Assembly (NCBI RefSeq): GCF_009831105.1
Contig: NZ_WUUQ01000001.1
Span: forward strand, 60,001 to 92,000
Reading direction: 5' to 3'
Source of the DNA: Copranaerobaculum intestinale
GTDB taxonomy: Bacteria; Bacillota_I; Bacilli_A; Erysipelotrichales; Erysipelotrichaceae
Length of the DNA stretch: 32,000 nt
Shown here piece after piece: positions 1-8,178 of the stretch. The position numbers were made by a program, and so were the translations under genes. The stretch's first letter is position 1; the number at the start of each line of letters is the position of its first letter. Under the pieces are notes generated by a model. The model saw only the letters and a list, made by a program, of their open reading frames with translations. It did no database searches and was not told the DNA's origin.

Positions 1-1617
1 GCATTCTTTCAGTTTATCCCAGGCCGTCATGTTATCATGGCATTCCACATAATTGATGACCTGCTGAGGAGAATGAAACATACGGGATCCTCCCTTATCG
101 GTAACACTGCCGCTAAGACAATTTTTCATGATCTCAATCAAGCTGATATCCCCGCTGATATACCCTTTTACATTAACTTCATTGGCGGCTGTCCGCCCTT
201 TAACCACATCACGGAAACGATCGGAAAAATGGGCAATATGCGGCATCTTATCCTGATTTGCAAGGGATGCGCGCAGCCGATAGTCTAGCAGAGAAGGCAT
301 GTCCCAGCCTTCTCCATATACCATGAAATCCGGATCATGTACGGCACATTCCCAATACACCTCATTAACAGTATCCATATCCAGAATCCCCATAAGATCA
401 AATCGGAAACCGTCAATTAAAAAGGTATCCTGCAGATAACGGCATGTGTCAATAATAAACCGGCGGCACATCTTTCTTAAGCTGTCGATATCATTTCCGC
501 AGAAGGTACCATTGGAATATTCCCCATTTTCATTCATCTGAAAATAATAATAAGGAACCATATTATTCAGCGGATGCGTTTCCACATCATACACATGATT
601 AAATACGACATCCAAATTCACCTTGATACCATTCTTATGGCATTCTTCAACCAATCGAATCAATTCACGGATACGGCTGTAAGGATCCTCACTGTCTCGG
701 GCATAGCTTCCTTCCGGACATCTTGCCTGCACCGGGTCATAGCCCCAATTATAATACAGCTGCGGATAGAACTCATCAACACTGCCAAAATCCATTACCG
801 GCATCAGCTGAACGTGGGTGATGCCCAGCGATTTTAGATAAGAAAACCCGGTCTGACGCGACTTGGTCATGTGATTTTCCTCAACAAACCCCGCAAACCC
901 ACCGCGTTCTGTAACACCGCAGTTTTCCTGCATCGTGAAATCACGGACGCTCGCTTCATACAAAATAGCATCGCTGTAATGATCCGTGATTGGTAATACA
1001 TAGGGAACCGCAGTCAATTTCCGCCGGTCAATAACGACAGAATGACGTCCGTTTGTATCAGAAGCAATACCATAAGGATCAATCGTTTCCTTCCATTCCC
1101 CATTAACATAGACATGATATGTATAACGTGATTCTTCCAGATCACCTTCAACCAAAGAAGCAAAAATACCGCAGTTTTCCCGTTTCATTTCCCGGGTAAT
1201 CTTTTCATTATGATAATCAAATTCTACTCGTACCCGGCTGGCTGTCGGTGCCCATACCTTAAATACAGTACTGGTCGGACTATACATCGCGCCTAAATCC
1301 TTGCCATCGTAATAGAATTCTTCATCAAATCGCTTCGTTTTTACAATATTGGCATATTGAAGCGGTGTACTGCGGGCATATTCATGCATTACATAATACT
1401 CTCTGCCGATCACCAACGAGGAATTGACCATTAATGTGTAGCGGTTATAATACTGCGGTGTCTGCTCTACCGATAATATGGACAATGGCTCTAAAAAACC
1501 GCTGCAGTCCCGAATATAAAAACGGCTGCTTTGTCCCTCATAGCTGTTGCGTGACATATATACAATAATTTTATTATAGTCATCAAGATATGCTTCAAAA
1601 TACTTCTGTTGTCTCAT
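1..1617 (-). CDS. pulA: Type I pullulanase / GH13 debranching enzyme, N-terminal 539 aa (3' end lies beyond the left window edge)
   Basis: The minus-strand frame is open from the ATG at 1617 (AAGGTGA RBS just upstream) to position 1. It is absent from the supplied ORF track because no stop lies in the window. My translation starts MRQQKYFEAYLDDY. It contains the CBM48-like FKVWAPTASRVRVEF and the GH13 motifs VNLDVVFNHV, GFRFDLMG, YGEGWD and YVECHDN. Confidence 0.85.
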   Translation of the reverse strand, partial: MRQQKYFEAYLDDYNKIIVYMSRNSYEGQSSRFYIRDCSGFLEPLSILSVEQTPQYYNRYTLMVNSSLVIGREYYVMHEYARSTPLQYANIVKTKRFDEEFYYDGKDLGAMYSPTSTVFKVWAPTASRVRVEFDYHNEKITREMKRENCGIFASLVEGDLEESRYTYHVYVNGEWKETIDPYGIASDTNGRHSVVIDRRKLTAVPYVLPITDHYSDAILYEASVRDFTMQENCGVTERGGFAGFVEENHMTKSRQTGFSYLKSLGITHVQLMPVMDFGSVDEFYPQLYYNWGYDPVQARCPEGSYARDSEDPYSRIRELIRLVEECHKNGIKVNLDVVFNHVYDVETHPLNNMVPYYYFQMNENGEYSNGTFCGNDIDSLRKMCRRFIIDTCRYLQDTFLIDGFRFDLMGILDMDTVNEVYWECAVHDPDFMVYGEGWDMPSLLDYRLRASLANQDKMPHIAHFSDRFRDVVKGRTAANEVNVKGYISGDISLIEIMKNCLSGSVTDKGGSRMFHSPQQVINYVECHDNMTAWDKLKEC

Positions 1618-1634
1618 ACAATCACCTTAGTTCC

Positions 1635-1643
1635 ATTATACCA
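1635..1643 (-). promoter_or_regulatory. Possible extended -10 promoter (TGGTATAAT) for pulA
   Basis: The reverse complement of 1635-1643 reads TGGTATAAT. There is no good -35, and the leader would be very short because the RBS starts about 7 nt downstream. Confidence 0.3.
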
Positions 1644-1725
1644 TGTAAGTTGATTTCCTTGGACTATTTTCATATGAACAATGAAGATCAGATAAACAAA
1701 CAGAATGCTATTGCATAAGGAGTGA

Positions 1726-1755
1726 TTGATAAATCGATCATACACCGGATATAAT
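1726..1755 (+). promoter_or_regulatory. Sigma-A-type promoter for the phosphatase gene
   Basis: TTGATA (1726-1731), an 18-nt spacer, then consensus TATAAT (1750-1755). A GGAGG RBS precedes the ATG at 1814. Confidence 0.45.
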
Positions 1756-1813
1756 AGAGTGGAAAAACAGCAATACATGTATTTTCTGATCTATAAATTG
1801 AGGAGGTGTCTAA

Positions 1814-2275
1814 ATGATAAAGATTCTGTTTGTCTGCCACGGCAATATCTGCCGATCTCCGATGGCAGAATTTGTGATGAAAGAGCTTGTTGAACAAGCC
1901 GGAATCAAACAAAGGTTTATCATTGCTTCTGCCGCAACCAGTGCTGAAGAAATCGGAAATGATATACATTGGGGAACGAGGAAGAAATTGCTAACTGAAA
2001 ATATCCCATTTTCACCAAGAAGTGCCCGCCGCTTAACACCCGTTGATTATGAGCAATATGATTATCTGATCGGAATGGACGATGCGAATCTGCGAAATAT
2101 GAAACGGATTTTCGGGGATGATCCAAATCATAAGATCTTTGCTTTGCTGGATTTTACCGATCATCCAAAAGCCATTGCCGATCCTTGGTATACGGGTGAC
2201 TTTGATGAAACCTTTTCTGATATTACAAAAGGCTGCAAGGCCTTCCTCTCCTATCTTTTGACTTCATCAGACTAA
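1814..2275 (+). CDS. Low-molecular-weight protein tyrosine (or arginine) phosphatase
   Basis: 153 aa. The P-loop is VCHGNICRSP (C8-X5-R14-S) and the Asp-loop is ADPWYTG. The size is typical for the family, and a GGAGG RBS is present. Confidence 0.9.
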   Translation: MIKILFVCHGNICRSPMAEFVMKELVEQAGIKQRFIIASAATSAEEIGNDIHWGTRKKLLTENIPFSPRSARRLTPVDYEQYDYLIGMDDANLRNMKRIFGDDPNHKIFALLDFTDHPKAIADPWYTGDFDETFSDITKGCKAFLSYLLTSSD

Positions 2276-2277
2276 CA

Positions 2278-2340
2278 AAGAACCGAAGCTATAGAGGATT
2301 CACTTTTCTGTGAACAAGCTCTATGATTCGGTTCTTTTTT
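2278..2340. terminator. Bidirectional rho-independent terminator between convergent genes
   Basis: The outer stem is AAGAACCGAA (2278-2287) paired with TTCGGTTCTT (2327-2336). The inner helix is ATAGAG/CTCTAT. A T6 run follows on the plus strand and TTTGTT on the minus strand. The stop codon of the collagen-like gene abuts the hairpin. Confidence 0.7.
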
Positions 2341-3058
2341 ATGAAAGCTTCAAAAATGTAAGTGTGACCGTGCATTCATTCGCGGTTACATCAGTATTGA
2401 AGGTCAGTGAAAAAAATGTTGAATCCGCTGTATGGACGATGATCGACTGTGAACCGGTTACGCTGGAATTGCTCGCAGCGGTACGAAAATAAATTCCTAA
2501 ATCTAAACGGGGTGCGTTGTTATAATATGGCGTTACCTGGATATAACCGGGATTGGGCATCAATGCTGATACATGATAGCTGATCATATAATCACCCGGT
2601 TGTAAATGGATGCGGGTTTTATCTTCCAGAACAATTTGATCGGTGCGATCCGCAAGCAGGATCAAATATGGTATGGTACTGCCATTTTCAAATTGCTGCA
2701 TGAAATTATAATAGGACGCATAGGAAGGAATCAGCGCGGGGCCAACAGCCCCAGTATTTCCGGTGGGACCAACAGCTCCGGTTGGGCCGGTAGGGCCGAT
2801 CGGTCCTGTTATTCCGACAGCCCCAGTCGGACCGGTGCTTCCTGTATTCCCTCTAGGTCCTGCTTCACCTCTGGGTCCGGTGTTTCCGATTGGTCCCTGC
2901 GGACCTGTGGGTCCTTGCGGTCCAGTAATGCCGTCAGCTCCGGTGCTGCCAGTTGCGCCTGTATCTCCCATCGGACCACGGGGTCCGGTGGCTCCTCTTG
3001 GACCTTGCGGACCTTCTGCACAACACGGTATACAACAATCCGTATCATAAATATTCAT
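2339..3058 (-). CDS. Collagen-like triple-helix repeat protein with a BclA/C1q-like C-terminal globular domain (putative exosporium or spore-surface protein)
   Basis: 239 aa in three parts: a 15-aa Cys-rich N-terminus [15 protein letters not shown], 31 uninterrupted G-X-Y triplets (many GPT/GPR/GAT), and a beta-rich C-terminal domain of about 130 aa. That domain ends ...[10 protein letters not shown], which resembles the ...TLTIIRLS end of Bacillus BclA as I recall it. RBS AGAGGTG. Confidence 0.8.
   Translation of the reverse strand: MNIYDTDCCIPCCAEGPQGPRGATGPRGPMGDTGATGSTGADGITGPQGPTGPQGPIGNTGPRGEAGPRGNTGSTGPTGAVGITGPIGPTGPTGAVGPTGNTGAVGPALIPSYASYYNFMQQFENGSTIPYLILLADRTDQIVLEDKTRIHLQPGDYMISYHVSALMPNPGYIQVTPYYNNAPRLDLGIYFRTAASNSSVTGSQSIIVHTADSTFFSLTFNTDVTANECTVTLTFLKLS
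2735..3013 (-). repeat. Coding triplet repeat (GXY)31, locally GC-rich
   Basis: Perfect 9-nt/3-aa glycine periodicity (ggN ccN NNN). This segment is visibly more GC-rich than its surroundings and generates long spurious ORFs in other frames and on the other strand. Confidence 0.9.
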
Positions 3059-3078
3059 ATATTTTCACCTCTTGATAC

Positions 3079-3104
3079 TATACTATGAAGCAGCCTTCAA
3101 GCGT
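3079..3104 (-). promoter_or_regulatory. Candidate mother-cell (sigma-K-like) promoter of the collagen-like gene
   Basis: The minus strand reads gaACgcttgaaggctgcttCATAgtaTA. CATAGTATA (3079-3087) fits the sigma-K -10 consensus CATAnnnTA, and an AC lies 15 nt upstream (3103-3104). No sigma-A hexamers are visible. Confidence 0.35.
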
Positions 3105-3162
3105 TCTGGACAATAAGAAGAAAATTTCAAAATCGTTATCTGCTGCATCAATCCTTTGCCCT

Positions 3163-3202
3163 AAAAAAACACTACCAATTACGAGCATCGTAATCGGTAG
3201 TG
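3163..3202 (-). terminator. Rho-independent terminator of glgP
   Basis: A 15-bp stem, 3170-3184 paired with 3188-3202, with one mismatch and a 3-nt loop. On the minus strand it is followed by a T7 run (the plus-strand A-run at 3163-3169). Confidence 0.85.
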
Positions 3203-3247
3203 TATCTATTTCTTTATTCTCTTCTATAAAGCTGTAGAATAATCGTA

Positions 3248-5662
3248 TTATTCAACATCAACAGGCTGAATATGCCAAATCGTATCCGCATATTGCTGAA
3301 TTGTCCGATCACTTGAGAAATAACCGGACTGGGCCACGTTAATCAGACACATTTTAGCCCATCCGCTGCGATCCTGATATCGTGCTTCAATATGCTTCTG
3401 TGCTTCCGCATATGCTTCAAAATCCGGAAGCAATAAATATTCATCATTTTTAAACATCAATTCATTATATACAAGACGGAAATCCTCTTTCTCCTCCGAG
3501 AATGTTCCATCTACCAACGCATCAATTACTTTTTTCAATTTCTCGTCATGATGATAATAATCCCATACATTATATGATTTTTCATGAACGATTTCATCTA
3601 CCTGTTCTGCGCGCAGTCCAAATATTTCTGCGTTTTCCATGCCGACGCGTTCGACGATCTCCACATTTGCGCCATCCATGGTACCTAAAGTTATCGCTCC
3701 GTTCATCATAAATTTCATATTTCCGGTACCGCTTGCCTCTTTTCCGGCAGTAGAAATCTGCTCGCTGACATCAGCCGCGTTCATCAAAATTTCCGCTATG
3801 CTGACACCGTAGTTCGGAATAAAAATCACTTTCATATACGGACTGATTTCCGGATCATTGTTAATGACATCCGCCATGCAGTTGATGAGCTTGATAACCT
3901 GCTTGGCAAATAGATAGGCCGGTGCCGCTTTTGCCGCAAAAATGAAGGTTCTCGGATAAATGCGATAGCTTGGATCGGCCTTCATGTGCTGGTACTCAGC
4001 GATGATATTCATAACATTCAGCAGCTGCCGTTTATAGGCATGCAGACGTTTTGCCTGCACATCGAAAATGGAATGAATATCCACATCGATATGCAAGGTT
4101 TTCTTAATATAATCTGCTAATATTTTCTTTCGCTCCAGCTTTACCTGCATAAAGGATTCCTGAAGCTGTTTATCCTCTACGTGATCCATCAGCTGAATCA
4201 AATCTTCCGGATGCTCATCAAATCGATTGCCAATTGTATCATGAAGCAGCTTTGTCAGTTGGGGATTGGAATACAGCAGCCATCTGCGATGGGTAATGCC
4301 ATTGGTTTTGTTATTAAATTTCTCCGGCATGATCGCATAGAAATCCTTAAATACATCCTTTTTCAAGATTTCAGTATGAAGTGCAGCGACACCATTGACG
4401 CTATGCGATCCGACAATCGCCAGATTCGCCATATGCACCTGTCCGTCTTTTAAGATTTCTACATTTTTCGCAATATCGGGCCGGTTATAAACATGACTCA
4501 AGTTATATTCAAACCGGTGATGAATCTCATCGATGATCAGATAAATACGCGGCAACAATGACTGTATATAAGGTATCGGCCATTTTTCCAGCGCCTCCGA
4601 CAGCACGGTATGATTCGTATAAGAAATTGTATTATGGGTAATTCCCCATGCATCATCCCACTCATATTCATAATCATCCATCAGCACCCGCATCAATTCC
4701 GGAATGGCGAGAACCGGATGGGTATCATTGAGCTGAATGCATACTTTATCCGCCAGATTATCCAAAGAAGGGTAAACTCTCAAATGCGCTTTCACAATCT
4801 GTGCGATACCGGCAGAAACAAAGAAATACTCTTGTTTGATGCGCAGCTTGCGTCCTTCTTCGGTAGAATCGTCCGGATATACATTCTGACAGATTGCTTT
4901 TACATCGGCGATATACTGTCCGAAATCATTTGCATTGCATGGATCCTCGGCAGCTTCGGCACTCCATAAACGAAGGGTATTCGTTACCTTTGTATTTTTA
5001 CCGACGATCGGTACATCATAAGGGACTGCTCTCACAATCATATCCGGCACATAATTCACTTTGGTTTTCCCGTGTTCGTTCATGTACATTTCAATATGAC
5101 CGCCAAATTTCACATCGACAGCGTGCTTTGGCTTTCTGACCTCCCACACATTGCCAAGGCGCAGCCACTGATCCGGCACTTCCACCTGTTCATGATCCAC
5201 GATCTTTTGTTTAAACAAACCGTATTCATAGCGAATGCAGTTGCCATGTCCCGGTAAATTCAGGGATGCGAGTGAATCCATGAAGCAGGCTGCCAGCCGC
5301 CCCAGACCGCCGTTGCCCAAACCTGCATCACTTTCCATATCTTCAATTTCATTAATATCGATACCCAAATCCGCAAGTCCGTCTTTTACGATATCATAGA
5401 CACCCAAATTCATCAGGTTGTTCGTCAACAGCCTTCCAATCAGAAATTCCATAGAGAAATAGAACATCTGCTTTTGTCCTTTTTGCGCAATCGTTTCTTT
5501 GCTGGCTTTCCAGTTTACACCGACAAAGTCGCGAATCATGGTTCCAAGTACCATATATTTTTCTGTTTTATGAGCCTGCTCGATGGAACGGCCATACTTT
5601 TCGATAATCCGTCGTTTAAATTCATTCTTAAATTCTTCTTTATTACTGAATTTATTTTCCAT
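3248..5662 (-). CDS. glgP: Glycogen/maltodextrin phosphorylase (GT35)
   Basis: 804 aa. It carries the PLP-lysine motif EASGTGNMKFMMNGA, plus GLGNGGLGRLAACF and LNDTHP. The length is typical of alpha-glucan phosphorylases. Confidence 0.95.
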   Translation of the reverse strand: MENKFSNKEEFKNEFKRRIIEKYGRSIEQAHKTEKYMVLGTMIRDFVGVNWKASKETIAQKGQKQMFYFSMEFLIGRLLTNNLMNLGVYDIVKDGLADLGIDINEIEDMESDAGLGNGGLGRLAACFMDSLASLNLPGHGNCIRYEYGLFKQKIVDHEQVEVPDQWLRLGNVWEVRKPKHAVDVKFGGHIEMYMNEHGKTKVNYVPDMIVRAVPYDVPIVGKNTKVTNTLRLWSAEAAEDPCNANDFGQYIADVKAICQNVYPDDSTEEGRKLRIKQEYFFVSAGIAQIVKAHLRVYPSLDNLADKVCIQLNDTHPVLAIPELMRVLMDDYEYEWDDAWGITHNTISYTNHTVLSEALEKWPIPYIQSLLPRIYLIIDEIHHRFEYNLSHVYNRPDIAKNVEILKDGQVHMANLAIVGSHSVNGVAALHTEILKKDVFKDFYAIMPEKFNNKTNGITHRRWLLYSNPQLTKLLHDTIGNRFDEHPEDLIQLMDHVEDKQLQESFMQVKLERKKILADYIKKTLHIDVDIHSIFDVQAKRLHAYKRQLLNVMNIIAEYQHMKADPSYRIYPRTFIFAAKAAPAYLFAKQVIKLINCMADVINNDPEISPYMKVIFIPNYGVSIAEILMNAADVSEQISTAGKEASGTGNMKFMMNGAITLGTMDGANVEIVERVGMENAEIFGLRAEQVDEIVHEKSYNVWDYYHHDEKLKKVIDALVDGTFSEEKEDFRLVYNELMFKNDEYLLLPDFEAYAEAQKHIEARYQDRSGWAKMCLINVAQSGYFSSDRTIQQYADTIWHIQPVDVE

Positions 5663-5693
5663 TATTTACACCTCTTATTGTGTCTCAACAAGT

Positions 5694-5722
5694 ATTTTAA
5701 CAAATTTTGCCGTTCATGACAA
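5694..5722 (-). promoter_or_regulatory. Sigma-A-type promoter for glgP
   Basis: Minus strand: TTGTCA (5717-5722), a 17-nt spacer, then TAAAAT (5694-5699). It lies about 30 nt upstream of the AAGAGGTG RBS. Confidence 0.55.
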
Positions 5723-5830
5723 TGAATGAATAGCTTACCTTAGTATATCGGTCATAGACATTTTCATGCAGTTGTTTATCACTCTTTTTAAGTATGAAGA
5801 ATAAAAAAGACTATAAAATAATCAGAATTT

Positions 5831-5858
5831 AAAAAAGACAGTGAAGAAAATCACTGTC
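5831..5858 (-). terminator. Rho-independent terminator of the DUF454 gene
   Basis: Stem GACAGTGA paired with TCACTGTC (5837-5844 with 5851-5858), a 6-nt loop, and a T6 run on the minus strand (5831-5836). Confidence 0.85.
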
Positions 5859-5878
5859 CGTTGGATTCCTTACATCGT

Positions 5879-6241
5879 TTATGCGGGAATGGTACGAATT
5901 TTAAAGAAGAAGTAATAGTATTTAAAAAGAATCAGAAAGAGCAGAAACAACCGCAAATACCAAGCTTCCATAAAATACATCGCGATCAGCAGCATAGCAG
6001 TCGCAAACGTGAGCAGGGTAATTTTGGTTTTCTTTGTCATGCTGCGATGTTCCACAAAAGACTGTAAATGCGTTTGGTACATGTTCGTACTAGTCAGCCA
6101 GCGATGAAATTTCGGTGAGCTTTTCGCAAAGCACCATGCCGCTAACAATACGAACGGAGTTGTCGGAAGCACGGGCAGCATAACGCCGATCGAACCCAAA
6201 ATGACGGCGATCCAGCCGATTACAATATAGATTAGTTTCAT
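5879..6241 (-). CDS. YbaN/DUF454-family small inner-membrane protein
   Basis: 120 aa. It has the characteristic N-terminus GWIAVILGSIGVMLPVLPTTPFVLLAAWCFAKSSPKFHRWL, followed by two more hydrophobic helices. Confidence 0.75.
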   Translation of the reverse strand: MKLIYIVIGWIAVILGSIGVMLPVLPTTPFVLLAAWCFAKSSPKFHRWLTSTNMYQTHLQSFVEHRSMTKKTKITLLTFATAMLLIAMYFMEAWYLRLFLLFLILFKYYYFFFKIRTIPA

Positions 6242-6513
6242 AAATTTCGCTCCTTGTGTCCAAATTGATATATCTGATCGATCATATACGAATGATATTT
6301 CAGCATGCGCAGCTTACTATATCGCATTACCTTAAGGATTTATTTTTGCTGTTCCTTTTGACAGCAGTAAATCATGCGGGCAAAGCAATCTGTTTTTCGA
6401 TTTGGATATTTGTTATTCCCATATGTGTTTCGCAATCCATATACATGCACAGGCTTTATCAAAAGGTTATTCCATCATCCGTTTTGAATGTATCTTATCA
6501 GCCGAATCATTCA

Positions 6514-8178
6514 TCAGCTTTGACGACCCTGATCCATATTGAGAATGGTATCGGTGGATTGCAGCGTGGAACGGCGATGAGATACTAGGACGATCGTTTT
6601 CCCCTTTAATGCCTTCAAAGATTTTAAAATCATTCCCTCGTGCAGCGCATCCAAATTACTGGTTGGTTCATCCAGCAGAATCAGCTCGCTGTCATGGAGG
6701 AAAACTCTGGCTAATCCGATACGCTGACGTTCTCCGCCGGAAAGGGATTCCCCCAGCTCTGCTACCTTGGTTTGATAACCCTCCGGCAGCGACATGATAA
6801 ATGTATGAAGTCCAGCCTTTTGGCATGCATCTGCCACTTGTTCATGCGATGCGGTAAGATTCGCTATTTTAATATTGTTTTCAATCGTATCCTGAAACAA
6901 AACCGTTTCCTGTGTCATATAGCTTTCCAGATCACGCAGATCCGTTGTGTTGATCGTACGCAGATCACGGCCGTGAATACGGATGGAGCCTTTCTCAATA
7001 CTCCAAAAACGCATCAGCAATTTCAGCAAAGTGCTTTTCCCACATCCGCTGGGACCGTAGATACCCAACGCACTTCCTTTTTCTAATTTAAGATCAAAAT
7101 CTTTTAAAACCCATTTGTCACGGTATGCGAAACGAACCTTTTCAATCGTTACATCACCCATTTCAATCGGTTTTTGATGACTGAGCTCCGCCACCTCCGG
7201 TGCTTCTTCCAATAATGAAAGTACCCGGCGGCCACTCGCTAAGGTCAGTAACAAGTTATTGGATAGGTTGGATAATGCGACAACCGGTCCGAAGCTGGAA
7301 AACAGTAAAACTGTTCCCAAAATAATTCGCTCGATTGAAAGCATTCCATGCTGATGCAGTCCCAAACCGCAGAACAACAGCAGCAGGGGAAAAATCAGAA
7401 TTGCCATTGTATTGCGCGATGTACTCTTCCCCTCATATTTTTTAAGCTTACGACCCAACGCATTCAATTTATTGCTTTGATAATTCATTTGCGATAAACG
7501 TTCATCACCCTGTCCGAATTGACGAATATCATCAATGCCGCGTAGTGATTCCAGCATATAAGCACTTAAATCTCCGCTCTGCTTGCGGTATTCGTCACCA
7601 TCAGCCTTTCCCAGCTTAGAAATACGGACGGGGATCCAAAGTCCAACATAAAGATAGCCAAGCGCAGCAATCAAAGCAAAGACCGGTTCAATCACCCAAA
7701 AACCTGCCAGTAAAAGTAGGCTTGTCAAAAATGCAATCATGATCGGAGATATCGTATGTGCATAAAACACCTCCAGCAATTCAATATCACTGGTAATGAC
7801 GCTGATTAAATTTCCTTTATCCTGTCCCTCCAGACGTGCCGGTGCAAGAGTCCGCAGCTTACCAAAGATGCGATCCCGCAATAGGGCCAAAAGCTTGAAG
7901 GCAATATAATGATTGCATGCCTGTTCCCCATAGCGAAGGACTCCCCGCAGCACTGCAGCGGCGATCATTAAGCTGATAAGCGCTCCATAGGATAGGTGAA
8001 TACCGGAATCCATTCTCACAATGACCAACAGGACTGCTCCGACCGGAATAAAGATCGCACACAGAAATCCAAGGATTCCCAGCAGTACAGCCATGCACAT
8101 CCATCCGCTAAGCGGTGTTACCAGCTTCAGCATTTTTCTCATAACAACAGGATTGCTCCACTTACGCATAACGCTCAC
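6514..8178 (-). CDS. cydC: ABC exporter fused permease/ATPase, CydC-like subunit
   Basis: 554 aa: an N-terminal 6-TM domain plus an NBD with Walker A GPSGCGKST, signature LSGGERQR and Walker B LILLDEP. By eye the TMD aligns with E. coli CydC (RL..L.P..L......G.L...V..D...L...Y...ISP). Its start overlaps the upstream gene by 17 nt. Confidence 0.7.
   Translation of the reverse strand: MSVMRKWSNPVVMRKMLKLVTPLSGWMCMAVLLGILGFLCAIFIPVGAVLLVIVRMDSGIHLSYGALISLMIAAAVLRGVLRYGEQACNHYIAFKLLALLRDRIFGKLRTLAPARLEGQDKGNLISVITSDIELLEVFYAHTISPIMIAFLTSLLLLAGFWVIEPVFALIAALGYLYVGLWIPVRISKLGKADGDEYRKQSGDLSAYMLESLRGIDDIRQFGQGDERLSQMNYQSNKLNALGRKLKKYEGKSTSRNTMAILIFPLLLLFCGLGLHQHGMLSIERIILGTVLLFSSFGPVVALSNLSNNLLLTLASGRRVLSLLEEAPEVAELSHQKPIEMGDVTIEKVRFAYRDKWVLKDFDLKLEKGSALGIYGPSGCGKSTLLKLLMRFWSIEKGSIRIHGRDLRTINTTDLRDLESYMTQETVLFQDTIENNIKIANLTASHEQVADACQKAGLHTFIMSLPEGYQTKVAELGESLSGGERQRIGLARVFLHDSELILLDEPTSNLDALHEGMILKSLKALKGKTIVLVSHRRSTLQSTDTILNMDQGRQS

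Noticed and set aside
2606-3088. Three long ORFs overlapping the collagen-like gene (2606-3088 +, 2763-3050 +, 2809-3048 -)
   Set aside because: They are artefacts of the GC-rich (GGN-CCN-NNN)n repeat, which is open in several frames. Their translations are low-complexity Pro/Gly/Ser/Arg strings with no RBS. The minus-strand frame starting at 3058 has an RBS, a perfect GXY register and a globular C-terminal domain.
3502-5719. Multiple 60-120-aa plus-strand ORFs antisense to glgP, and similar antisense ORFs inside cydDC, glgB, the 12.5-18 kb operon, pgcA and others
   Set aside because: Each is fully embedded antisense within a long, motif-rich, confidently identified gene. They lack RBSs and recognisable motifs, so they are typical shadow ORFs.
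6256-6588. 110-aa plus-strand ORF between the DUF454 gene and cydC
   Set aside because: It has no RBS, its 3' end overlaps cydC antisense, and its composition is typical of translated AT-rich spacer. I also checked the hairpin TGCTGT...ACAGCA at about 6344-6366; it lacks a T-run on either strand, so I do not call it a terminator.
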